From the NCBI GenBank assembly GCA_000146045.2, contig BK006937.2:64001-128000 (forward strand): a stretch of DNA of 64,000 nt. Reading direction: 5' to 3'. Below are positions 10,704 to 20,068 of this stretch, piece by piece. The stretch is from TPA_inf: Saccharomyces. Lineage: Eukaryota. The stretch's first letter is position 1. Each line of letters begins with the position of its first letter. The translations under genes were made by a program, and so were the position numbers. Under the pieces are notes generated by a model. It searched no databases. It was given only the letters and a program-made list of their open reading frames with translations, and was not told the origin of the DNA.

Positions 10704-11285
10704 TCAGTGATAAACGTTGATTACGTTATTGATAAAAGTCTTTTCTTCTGGCAAGGCAGTTGGAACACCAAAGACCAATTGAGATTGTACAGTCCACGCA
10801 ATAGGAACATCTTGAGGCAAAGCAGATTTGACGTAGTCATTATAGTGTTGCAAATTAGCCCCCAATCCCAATAGTTCGAGGGCAGTCCAAGACTGAATTT
10901 GCACAGCACCGGTCGTATGAGCGGCGCATGTTGGGAAAGCGGCTGCCAAGGCTGGAAAATCTCTTTGCAGTTTTTCAGTTGGTCCTTCATCAGTGAAGAA
11001 AATGACTGAACCGTAAGCCTCATCTCTGCAAGACTCTGGTCTCTTCTTGGCTTCAGCAGTTGGCATTGCGCTCGCAACAGCATCCCATATCCTTTTGTGT
11101 GTATCACCAACGATAATGACAGCGCGATTCACTTGTGAGTTAAAAGCTGTTGGCGTATTCTTGAGAATAACGTGTACAGTTCTCTTTACATCATCCAAAC
11201 CGACACCTTGTGGTAATTCGGGCTTCAAATTGTAGATGGTACGACGGTTTGTAATAGCGTTTAAGTAGTTTCCAGTTGGGGACAT
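10704..11285 (-). CDS. HBN1: Nitroreductase-like protein (193 aa), paralog of FRM2
   Basis: The track ORF 10704..11357 starts at a TTG. The first in-frame ATG (cat at 11283-11285 on plus) gives the 193-aa protein MSPTGNYLNAITNRRTIYNLKPELP... Confidence 0.85.
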   Translation of the reverse strand: MSPTGNYLNAITNRRTIYNLKPELPQGVGLDDVKRTVHVILKNTPTAFNSQVNRAVIIVGDTHKRIWDAVASAMPTAEAKKRPESCRDEAYGSVIFFTDEGPTEKLQRDFPALAAAFPTCAAHTTGAVQIQSWTALELLGLGANLQHYNDYVKSALPQDVPIAWTVQSQLVFGVPTALPEEKTFINNVINVYH

Positions 11286-12017
11286 TTCTTTGGCTTGGAG
11301 GTCTGGTGTTCTTGATTTTGATGGTGTATATAGCTTTAAAAAACCAAAAATGATCAACCTTTATATCTCTCTTCGATCACAACATGGGTGGAGACAAACA
11401 CAAAGTAGTGATGACCCACTCAGGTGTTAAAGTGTGTCATATCTGCAAATGACACTGTATTTTTTTTTCCTTTGCCATTTATTGTCGCAGTAAGGAAAAG
11501 CGCAGAGCAAAGCTGACAAATTGAAAAATTATTCGGAAGAGCATTGACAAATATTGATTAATAATCAAGTAACACTCGCAGACATTGTTATTTCAGAAGT
11601 AAAAATATCGCAGAACAAGTTGGTTAAACTGAATGCTTCAGTCATTCTAATGCTAATTACACCTTAACAAAATTAAAAATTCTTAACGTAGATTTTTAAA
11701 AAAGGCAAGAAGATCGTTCCTGATGCACGACGAAAACGGTTGCACCCCTACTAAGGCAAAATTGCATATGCGGATGAAATCAAACCTCTTCTGTTGCATT
11801 AAGAACAAAAGGAAATCATTTTTCTCTCACTTCATATTATTTCACTTATATTTTCCTCTCCACTTCCATCACGCAATCGTTAGTGCTTTTTATTTTTTTT
11901 CTTCGCTCATAAAGGACTAGAATTAAAATGAAAATCGTCTATCATTACACGTATGCTATTACTACAAAACAGAAGTACAAAAATGAATAAATATAAAAGA
12001 AGTAAATGCTTTTTTTT

Positions 12018-13919
12018 TTAACACCAGAAGGCAACGACCCTTTTCCAATAAGGTCCGTTCCTCAAACGTTCCCTATATTCTTCGTCTTCTTGCTTGATTA
12101 ATTCTTCATCAAAGATTTGTCTATGAGAATCTAGGTCGATCTTGTCTGCCCTGATGAACAGTTTCCAATCCTTGTGCCAGACCTTGTAGCCGACATAAAG
12201 TGCAATCAAGATTGGCATAGCCAAGTAGTTTTCGAAAAAGGCTTGTGCATCCAGCTTACCTTCACCAATGGGGGCGATAGCGACCCAAAATTGGGCAATA
12301 AGAATTAAAATCATCATAATGCAAGCGTAGGCAGATCCCCAAACACCAGTTTGAGATTTGAAACCCAATTCTCCAAGAGATCTCCCTTGGACTTTCATGG
12401 CTCTTCTAAATCTAAGATGGGATAAACAAATGGCAGTCCATGTGAAAAGCTGAGACAAACCAGAAATGGCCAATAACCAAGTGAAAACTTGTTCTTCCTT
12501 GGGAGATGCAGCACAGAAGGCAATAACGGCAAACAATGCAGAAACACCCATGGCAATCAATGGTCTACCGGCTCTGTCGATGTAGGAGAAAACCTTAGGA
12601 GCGTAACCTTGCTCGGATAGAGTTAAAAATAAACGAGCACTGGAGTAGAAGGAGGAGTTAGCCATGGACAGCACGGAAAGTAGAATAACGGCGTTAATGA
12701 AGTGTGGGACGACACGGACACCGTGGGATGCAACAGCAATGACATATGGCGAGGCTTTAGTACCACCACCGGTAGAACCCAATAATTGATCGGAATTGTA
12801 TGGCACCAAGAAACCCAGTAGAATAATGGTAGCCAAGAATAGGAATAAGATTCTGTAGATCATTTGTTTGGCCGCACCTGGAATGGCCTTTCTTGGATTA
12901 GATTGTTCTGCAGTGGTGATGGCAATAAACTCTGAACCACCAAAGGCAAAAGCAGCAGTCACTAATGTTGCAGCAACACCTTTAAATCTGTCAATGGCAT
13001 GTTTACCATTGAAAGCGCCCGGATCGTGCCAGTATTTACCACCAATAAAACCATCATTACCAGCGCCACCAACATCGATGATAATACCAAGAATGAAGAA
13101 CCCAGTCATCATCAAAATTTTGCAACAGTTGAAGAAGAACTCAGCTTCTGCATAACCACGAGCACCGAAAATATTAATAGTAATCACCAAAACATAGAAA
13201 ATAATGACGAACACATCCGGGTTCACAGATGTCGTCCAATATTTGATAGTCATGGATGCGGTCACCAATTCCAGAGGACACACACACAGCCATTGCAAAC
13301 AATAAACCCAAGCGACTGCAAACCCAAAACCATCATCCACAAGGAAACTGGGGTATGCATTGTAGCCACCAGTCAAGTTACTATACACTAGCGCCATTTC
13401 ACCACATGCTTGAATAATACAGTACAAGATAGAACCCATAATAGCGTAACCAATAAGTAGTCCAGCTGGACCCGCATGAACCAACGCGGTACCGTTACCG
13501 ACCAATAACCCAGTACCGATACCCGTACCCAACGCAATCATCAGAACATGTCTAGGCTGAATGGTTTTCTTCAGCGAGTCCGACTTATGACCTGTATTAG
13601 CGCCTATGTTGTCCGAACTTTCATTTTTTTCTAGTTCTTGAGCCTGTCTAGAAGAAGGTGAGATAGCCGACGTAAGATCGTTCATTTGTGTTGCTTCTAC
13701 TTCATCCTGTGGACCCTGATCCGCTCTTTTAAAGGAGTCGAAAAACCTACGCACGGCAGAAGTGTTATGCTGTTCGTAACCTAAATGAGGTTGTGAGGAT
13801 GGACGGTCATTGGAGCCTGTTTCGAAATATTCAATTTCATTATCCTGCCCCGTGGCATGTATTTCTGTGGAGCTATTTTTCAAGTCTTTCAGTTCGTATA
13901 GAGACTTCGACGACGACAT
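12018..13919 (-). CDS. AGP1: Broad-specificity amino acid permease Agp1 (633 aa, APC/YAT family, 12 transmembrane segments)
   Basis: A 633-aa ORF with ATG at 13917-13919; typical yeast amino acid permease architecture and motifs. Confidence 0.93.
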   Translation of the reverse strand: MSSSKSLYELKDLKNSSTEIHATGQDNEIEYFETGSNDRPSSQPHLGYEQHNTSAVRRFFDSFKRADQGPQDEVEATQMNDLTSAISPSSRQAQELEKNESSDNIGANTGHKSDSLKKTIQPRHVLMIALGTGIGTGLLVGNGTALVHAGPAGLLIGYAIMGSILYCIIQACGEMALVYSNLTGGYNAYPSFLVDDGFGFAVAWVYCLQWLCVCPLELVTASMTIKYWTTSVNPDVFVIIFYVLVITINIFGARGYAEAEFFFNCCKILMMTGFFILGIIIDVGGAGNDGFIGGKYWHDPGAFNGKHAIDRFKGVAATLVTAAFAFGGSEFIAITTAEQSNPRKAIPGAAKQMIYRILFLFLATIILLGFLVPYNSDQLLGSTGGGTKASPYVIAVASHGVRVVPHFINAVILLSVLSMANSSFYSSARLFLTLSEQGYAPKVFSYIDRAGRPLIAMGVSALFAVIAFCAASPKEEQVFTWLLAISGLSQLFTWTAICLSHLRFRRAMKVQGRSLGELGFKSQTGVWGSAYACIMMILILIAQFWVAIAPIGEGKLDAQAFFENYLAMPILIALYVGYKVWHKDWKLFIRADKIDLDSHRQIFDEELIKQEDEEYRERLRNGPYWKRVVAFWC

Positions 13920-14439
13920 TGTGCGAAGCTATCTTTGTCTATATTAGCGTGCTTCTTCTATAAAGATTACATAATAAACTTGTTCTACATTGTTGTGGGC
14001 AGACCATCAAAGACAAAGCACTTATATATGTATGTAAAACAAATGAGTATTACGAGGAAAATAACAAAAAGAAACTAATCACGAAGGATATGAGTCTTGT
14101 TAGCGGACGAGGGGAAGATAGCGCAAGACACACGTATAGCCGACCTATCCTATGCATCTTAGCCGTCTTATCAGGATTGATTTGCGGTTCAGTGAAAGAG
14201 ATAACCACTGCCAAGCTGGAAGAAATGGCTAGAAGGCACTAAAAAAAGAGCCTCGCAGCGCAACTTAAGAACTGTGGACTACTAAGGAGCAGCAATCCGC
14301 TGGACGTGGGGGAGTTGAAAGTTGGCCGGATACTGCAACCTGCTTATCTATGACTCGATGAGACCGTTATTTAGTGCGATGGTGCCACTGGGAGTGCCAT
14401 CAACGGCAAAGTTGCAGCTTTTTGCAGCAGATCAGTGCC

Positions 14440-14480
14440 GCTTAGACGGCACCCTCAAGCGGCACTGAAGAACGGCGCGC
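14440..14480. promoter_or_regulatory. Direct and inverted CGGCAC/CGGCGC repeats (Stp1/Stp2 UASaa-like) in the AGP1 upstream region
   Basis: GTGCCG-cttaga-CGGCAC-cctcaag-CGGCAC-tgaagaa-CGGCGC read from the sequence, about 520-560 bp upstream of the AGP1 ATG. AGP1 is a known SPS-sensor/Stp1-Stp2 target (established knowledge). Confidence 0.45.
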
Positions 14481-14578
14481 TTTTTTTTTTCTTCTATTAT
14501 GCCGGTCAAGGAAAAAAAGAAACCAAAAAAAAATGCCGTGGGAGGCACGGATGCAAGATTTCTCCAAAGTCCCTTTTT

Positions 14579-14640
14579 AGCCGCCGAGGAAATGAGGAAA
14601 TAAGGGGTTAGCCGCCGAGTGAAGCCGCCGAGGTATAAAA
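14579..14640 (+). promoter_or_regulatory. Three tandem copies of the URS1 core AGCCGCCGA (Ume6 site) followed immediately by TATAAAAG
   Basis: AGCCGCCGA at 14579-14587, 14610-14618 and 14623-14631, then ggTATAAAAg at 14632-14641. Upstream there are A9 and T10 tracts. Confidence 0.5.
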
Positions 14641-15161
14641 GGGAGAATGCACACCTTCGTAAGAAGATTCTATTTGAAAGAGTGCTAGGTAAAGTCATCA
14701 AAAGGCTTATTGATATAATAATTGCTTTGCAAAATGGAAAACAAATGACTTTGAAAATGGGAGAAAACAAAAATTATATAGGTAATGTTGAGTTCTTGAT
14801 TTTTTTTTTGTTTCTGTCCTTGCCACAGCTCTTTTCATGGAACATTGGGCTCTAGGATAATTTTTTTATGTTTTCTGTTATGTTTGCCATGGTAGGTTGA
14901 GGTAAAGGCGCTCTTTCAGCAATGACGATTTATGCTAATATGTTTTCCTTAAAAGGAAAACATCTCGTTCTTTTTTTCGCGTGCTGTGCAAGAAAACGCG
15001 TAACGCAGTCTTAGTAAAAGGGCTCTCTTGAAAACTACATGAAAACTAAAAAAGAAGATGTAAATTTGGATACAACAGCGTAGAATAGCATAATAGAGTG
15101 TGCAATAAACGTGTATAGGCTTGATAATAGTGCTGACGTAAATTACCAGAACTACTGCAGT

Positions 15162-18100
15162 ATGACTGTGGCGAATACCGAGACCCATTCTGCTGCTAAA
15201 CCATCGAGTACTATAGGCCCATGGAAGCTTGGTGAAACACTGGGCTTTGGTAGCACCGGCAAGGTCCAACTTGCGCAACATGAGCGCACGGGCCATAGAA
15301 CAGCCGTCAAAGTAATCTCAAAGTCCATTTTCAACAACAACGGAAACCACAGTAACGACGATTCAGTGCTGCCATACAACATCGAGCGTGAGATTGTTAT
15401 TATGAAACTTTTGAGCCACCCAAACGTTCTGAGTCTTTACGACGTTTGGGAAACCAACAATAACCTGTACCTTATCCTGGAATACGCCGAAAAGGGAGAA
15501 CTGTTCAACTTGCTTGTGGACCACGGTCCCTTGCCCGAGCGTGAGGCCATCAATTGCTTCAGACAGATAATTATAGGCATTTCATACTGCCATGCGCTAG
15601 GAATAGTACATCGGGATTTAAAGCCAGAAAATCTTTTGCTCGATAGTTTCTATAATATCAAAATTGCGGATTTTGGTATGGCAGCTTTACAGACAGACGC
15701 CGACCTGCTAGAAACTTCTTGTGGGTCTCCTCATTATGCCGCTCCTGAGATCGTATCAGGTCTGCCCTATGAAGGATTTGCCAGCGACGTTTGGTCTTGC
15801 GGTGTAATCCTCTTTGCCCTTTTAACGGGTAGACTACCCTTCGATGAAGAAAACGGTAATGTTAGGGATTTGTTATTGAAAGTCCAAAAGGGCCAGTTTG
15901 AAATGCCCAATGACACCGAAATTTCCAGAGATGCACAAGATTTAATCGGCAAGATTCTCGTTGTAGATCCCAGGCAAAGAATAAAAATCAGAGACATCCT
16001 TAGTCATCCACTGCTAAAAAAATATCAAACCATTAAGGATTCCAAAAGTATCAAAGATTTACCTCGTGAAAATACCTATCTATATCCACTGGCTGACTCG
16101 AACAACCATACTAGCGCCTCTATCGATGATTCAATCCTACAAAACTTGGTGGTACTTTGGCATGGTAGACACGCCGATGACATCGTATCTAAACTGAAAG
16201 AGAATGGAACCAACAAAGAAAAAATTCTATATGCGCTACTATACCGTTTCAAACTGGACTCTGTAAGGGGATCGAATAAGAAGAACCGCAATAAGATAAA
16301 GAAAACCAAAAAAAATAAAAGATCTAGCACACTTTCGTCATCGTCATCATTATTATTGAACAACCGAAGCATACAATCTACGCCACGCAGACGTACATCC
16401 AAGAGGCATTCCAGGGAATTCTCTTCTAGCAGGAAGAGATCGTCCTTTTTACTGTCCTCGAATCCTACCGATAGTTCTCCAATACCTTTGAGAAGTAGTA
16501 AAAGAATTACACATATTAACGTAGCGTCTGCAAATACCCAAGCAACGCCAAGTGGTGTCCCGAATCCTCACAAGAGGAACTCAAAAAAACGGTCAAGCAA
16601 AAGATTATCTTATATGCCTAATACAAAAAGAAGCTCACTAACATCAAAATCATTATCAAACTTTACTAACCTAATAGATGATGATGATTGGGAGTACATT
16701 GAAAAGGATGCAAAGAGAACAAGTTCCAACTTCGCTACACTGATTGATGAAATATTTGAGCCTGAGAAATTTGAATTGGCGAAAAGAGAAAAGGCTGAAC
16801 TTCAAAGAAAAGTTCAGGAAGCAAAAAGGCAATCAGTGAATGCACAGAAGATTAATGAGGACGAGTTTGGATCCGAAGTTTCTGATGGAATGAAAGAGCT
16901 GAAAAAAATAAATGACAAAGTGTCGTCCCCGTTGATAAATTACGAATTTTCGCAACAAGAACTATTGCAAGATATAGACACCTTACTAACGAATCGTTAT
17001 CAACTTTCGTCATATACTAGGCCTATTTCGAGACTGGATCCCGGATTAACGCCTGTTACTGAGACACTTCCTAACAACCTAAAAGAAAAAACAGCTCTGC
17101 TGCAGGATACTGAAAAGAAAATAATAGAAACGATACGCAGATCCAAATTTTTAGGATCGCTACTAAATGTTAGAGGGGGACTATCGCCAGGGAAAAGTGA
17201 ACTGGCACCTATCGAAGAGTCTCCCATAGTTTCAACCACACCACTAATATATAATGATCGAATGGAACCTCGTAGGATATCCGATGTGGAAGTCCCACAT
17301 TTCACGAGGAAATCAAAACACTTTACTACTGCTAATAATCGGCGCTCAGTCTTATCTTTGTATGCGAAGGATTCAATCAAAGACTTAAACGAATTTTTAA
17401 TAAAGGAAGATCCTGATTTGCCTCCACAAGGAAGCACTGATAACGAAAGTAGGAGCGAAGATCCCGAAATAGCCGAGAGTATCACTGATTCAAGGAATAT
17501 ACAATATGATGAGGATGATAGTAAGGATGGTGATAATGTGAATAATGATAATATATTGAGCGACTTTCCTCAAGGCGTTGGCATATCACAGGAATACGAC
17601 ATGAAGGATAAAAATCCAAACCAATCTCCAATATCAAAAAGCGCAGAGCCCACACTGGTAGTGAAACTTCCGTCTTTGAGTTCTTTCCAAGGAAAAAACG
17701 CCAGTGGGTTGGGCCTATACCAAAGAGAGCCTTCTAAGGTAACCTTACCGAGCCTTACAAGTAATAACAGCAGCGTCGGAGAAAACATAGAGGATGGGGC
17801 GGAAAAAGGGACTGAGAGTGAGAAAATCGCTGCTTCCCTGTCAGACGATGACTTGAAGGAAGATAATGACAAGAAAGATAACGACACAGTGAATGCCCCT
17901 ACTACAGTAAAAAAGCCACCTAACAGCGTACTCTTGAAAAAATTCTCAAAAGGTAAAATCTTAGAACTTGAAATACATGCCAAAATACCTGAAAAGAGAC
18001 TATACGAGGGCCTACATAAACTACTAGAAGGCTGGAAGCAATACGGGTTGAAAAACCTGGTGTTTAACATCACTAATATGATCATAACAGGAAAATTGGT

Positions 18101-18275
18101 GAATGACAGTATTTTATTTTTACGATCTACGCTTTTTGAAATAATGGTTTTACCAAATGGAGACGGTAGAAGTTTAATTAAATTCAATAAGAAAACAGGA
18201 TCTACTAAAACGCTGACCAAGCTTGCTACAGAAATCCAAATTATTTTACAAAAAGAAGGTGTTTTGGACAAATAA
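15162..18275 (+). CDS. KCC4: Bud-neck Ser/Thr protein kinase Kcc4 (Nim1/Hsl1 family, 1037 aa)
   Basis: The track ORF starts at 15111; the first ATG at 15162 gives the 1037-aa protein MTVANTETHSAAKPS... Kinase motifs GxGxxG, HRDLKPEN and DFG are present; there is a C-terminal KA1-like region. Confidence 0.92.
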   Translation: MTVANTETHSAAKPSSTIGPWKLGETLGFGSTGKVQLAQHERTGHRTAVKVISKSIFNNNGNHSNDDSVLPYNIEREIVIMKLLSHPNVLSLYDVWETNNNLYLILEYAEKGELFNLLVDHGPLPEREAINCFRQIIIGISYCHALGIVHRDLKPENLLLDSFYNIKIADFGMAALQTDADLLETSCGSPHYAAPEIVSGLPYEGFASDVWSCGVILFALLTGRLPFDEENGNVRDLLLKVQKGQFEMPNDTEISRDAQDLIGKILVVDPRQRIKIRDILSHPLLKKYQTIKDSKSIKDLPRENTYLYPLADSNNHTSASIDDSILQNLVVLWHGRHADDIVSKLKENGTNKEKILYALLYRFKLDSVRGSNKKNRNKIKKTKKNKRSSTLSSSSSLLLNNRSIQSTPRRRTSKRHSREFSSSRKRSSFLLSSNPTDSSPIPLRSSKRITHINVASANTQATPSGVPNPHKRNSKKRSSKRLSYMPNTKRSSLTSKSLSNFTNLIDDDDWEYIEKDAKRTSSNFATLIDEIFEPEKFELAKREKAELQRKVQEAKRQSVNAQKINEDEFGSEVSDGMKELKKINDKVSSPLINYEFSQQELLQDIDTLLTNRYQLSSYTRPISRLDPGLTPVTETLPNNLKEKTALLQDTEKKIIETIRRSKFLGSLLNVRGGLSPGKSELAPIEESPIVSTTPLIYNDRMEPRRISDVEVPHFTRKSKHFTTANNRRSVLSLYAKDSIKDLNEFLIKEDPDLPPQGSTDNESRSEDPEIAESITDSRNIQYDEDDSKDGDNVNNDNILSDFPQGVGISQEYDMKDKNPNQSPISKSAEPTLVVKLPSLSSFQGKNASGLGLYQREPSKVTLPSLTSNNSSVGENIEDGAEKGTESEKIAASLSDDDLKEDNDKKDNDTVNAPTTVKKPPNSVLLKKFSKGKILELEIHAKIPEKRLYEGLHKLLEGWKQYGLKNLVFNITNMIITGKLVNDSILFLRSTLFEIMVLPNGDGRSLIKFNKKTGSTKTLTKLATEIQIILQKEGVLDK

Positions 18276-18461
18276 AAAAAAGGGAGGGATAATCGATCCC
18301 CAAATGGACAATACGATGTAACACCGTTATATAATTAATAAATGTATATATGTAACTATTTTTTGAAAAAAATAAAATGGTAATTTATTAAATATTTGGA
18401 CCGGTCAACAATCTCAGATATAGTTGAAAAAATCTTTAATTGTAATAGCAGAAAAAAAAAA

Positions 18462-18533
18462 CTCCGATACGGGGAGTCGAACCCCGGTCTCCACGGTGAA
18501 AGCGTGATGTGATAGCCGTTACACTATATCGGA
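18462..18533 (-). tRNA. tE(UUC): tRNA-Glu (anticodon UUC), 72 nt
   Basis: The reverse complement reads TCCGATATAGTGTAACGGCTATCACATCACGCTTTCACCGTGGAGACCGGGGTTCGACTCCCCGTATCGGAG. The cloverleaf folds, there is a GGTTCGACTCC T-arm, and the oligo-A/T flank acts as a Pol III terminator on the minus strand. Confidence 0.95.
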
Positions 18534-18699
18534 TAACAAATTATTAAAATTATTTAATAAAAAGATGAACTAATGGTGTATAAAAACATCATAAAAACTC
18601 AACTCAACTGTTCCAATAAAATCTGCAATTTAAATTAATTATTCTGAAAAAACACGTAAATTGTTGGAATGGAACCCTAAAATATTTCCTCTTTAGTAC

Positions 18700-19036
18700 T
18701 GTTGGAATAGAAATCAACTATCATCTACTAACTAGTATTTACATTACTAGTATATTATCATATACGGTGTTAGAAGATGACGCAAATGATGAGAAATAGT
18801 CATCTAAATTAGTGGAAGCTGAAACGCAAGGATTGATAATGTAATAGGATCAATGAATATAAACATATAAAACGGAATGAGGAATAATCGTAATATTAGT
18901 ATGTAGAAATATAGATTCCATTTTGAGGATTCCTATATCCTCGAGGAGAACTTCTAGTATATTCTGTATACCTAATATTATAGCCTTTATCAACAATGGA
19001 ATCCCAACAATTATCTCAACATTCACCCATTTCTCA
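18700..19036 (+). mobile_element. Solo Ty1-type delta LTR (337 bp) flanked by a 5-bp target-site duplication AGTAC
   Basis: It begins TGTTGGAATAGAAATCAACTATCATCTACTAACTAG and ends ...ATTCACCCATTTCTCA. AGTAC appears at 18695-18699 and again at 19037-19041. Confidence 0.9.
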
Positions 19037-19054
19037 AGTACTATTCATGTTACT

Positions 19055-19193
19055 TGAGAAATGGGTGAATTTTGAGATAGTTGTTGGGATTCCATTGTTG
19101 ATAAAGGCTAATAATATTAGGTATACAGAATATGCTAGAGGTTCTCCTCGAGCATATAGGAATCCTCAAAATGGAATTAGCATTTCTACATAA
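19055..19193 (-). mobile_element. Truncated delta LTR in inverted orientation (3'-terminal ~140 bp), followed (19194-19300) by a strongly diverged delta-like remnant
   Basis: TGAGAAATGGGTGAATTTTGAGATAGTTGTTGGGATTCCATTGTTGATAAAGGC... is the reverse complement of a delta 3' end. Beyond 19193 the sequence diverges but still aligns loosely to delta (…TTTTGTGGATTCACATATTCTCGATCGGAACTCCTAGCATAG). Confidence 0.75.
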
Positions 19194-19619
19194 TAACCTC
19201 AATTCCCTTTTGTGGATTCACATATTCTCGATCGGAACTCCTAGCATAGTGCAGACAACACTCACATAGCTCTCCCATTTATCAAGTTGGAATTCACTCC
19301 AAGAAATTTTCTTGCTTCTCTCTTTCCCACAGAAATGAAAAGGAACAGTTTGGCGGCTATTGTTTTAGCCCTTACTTTTTGGACCCTTTGAAAAAATGCC
19401 AAGAATGCGTGACGGTTTCCCTCCATGCTCGAGAACCACAAAAACCCTATGTGGTATTCGATTATGCGACTCACGGCAAATATTTGACTTGTCAAAGTTA
19501 TTCGGGATTTCCTTGAATCCCTGAGAAGTGAAATGGAAAGAATTTAAGGGCATAAATACCTTTCAAGCACCCAGAAGAACAGTAAAATAAAGCAAGGTAC
19601 GTGAAATTAATATTTTTAA

Positions 19620-19997
19620 ATGGTTCTAACCGATGCCGAAGAACTGCGCAGTCCGGTTATAACGTCTGACATGTCCTTTTTTGATTTGGAATCCAACCAC
19701 TCAAGTGACTCTGTTCATTTACTTTGCGAAAAATATACCCACAAATTGCCCATCGAAAGTGAATCGCAAACCACCTTCAGACTGGCACCGACAAAGCAAA
19801 GATTATACAGACAGAGTACTTTATACGTACCGTTAAGTCTCAAGCAAAGGGTTTTCTTATTTACTGAACGGGTAAAGAGTATCTGGGCCGGCTTGCCAAG
19901 ATGCAAACCGAATAAGTATTTCAAAGTTGCATTTGCCTTAGCCGTCCTGACACCATTGGCTATTTGGATATTTTATATTGACTTTCGTGTACATTGA
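19620..19997 (+). CDS. Hypothetical 125-aa protein (YCL021W-A-like ORF of unknown function)
   Basis: ATG confirmed at 19620; a 125-aa ORF with a C-terminal hydrophobic segment. No recognisable domain, and it lies between LTR clusters. Confidence 0.4.
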   Translation: MVLTDAEELRSPVITSDMSFFDLESNHSSDSVHLLCEKYTHKLPIESESQTTFRLAPTKQRLYRQSTLYVPLSLKQRVFLFTERVKSIWAGLPRCKPNKYFKVAFALAVLTPLAIWIFYIDFRVH

Positions 19998-20068
19998 TCA
20001 CATCGACTGTTCTATTGGCAAATGAACCACGGGCATTGACTATTTTTCAGGTTACTACTATATATTAT

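Noticed and set aside
15111-15161. N-terminal extensions in the ORF track for KCC4, BUD3, GBP2, SGF29, HBN1, RER1, MRPL32 and YCL001W-B, and the TTG-initiated STE50 fragment at 92
   Set aside because: The track accepts TTG/GTG as start codons and translates them as M. Trimming to the first ATG reproduces the known protein lengths (1037, 1636, 427, 259, 193, 188, 183 and 84 aa).
14949-15296. 115-aa minus-strand ORF overlapping the KCC4 5' end
   Set aside because: It overlaps the KCC4 start codon region in antisense and has no conserved features. It is a dubious ORF.
17570-18271. 233-aa ORF antisense to KCC4 (and 17000..17485, 161 aa)
   Set aside because: It lies entirely inside the KCC4 coding region on the opposite strand. 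Its translation is low-complexity and S/L/F-rich, typical of a reverse-frame artefact of a long gene.
19262-19553. Short minus-strand ORFs (77 and 62 aa) between the delta cluster and the 125-aa ORF
   Set aside because: They are small, overlapping and partly within the degenerate LTR remnant, so there is no support for coding.
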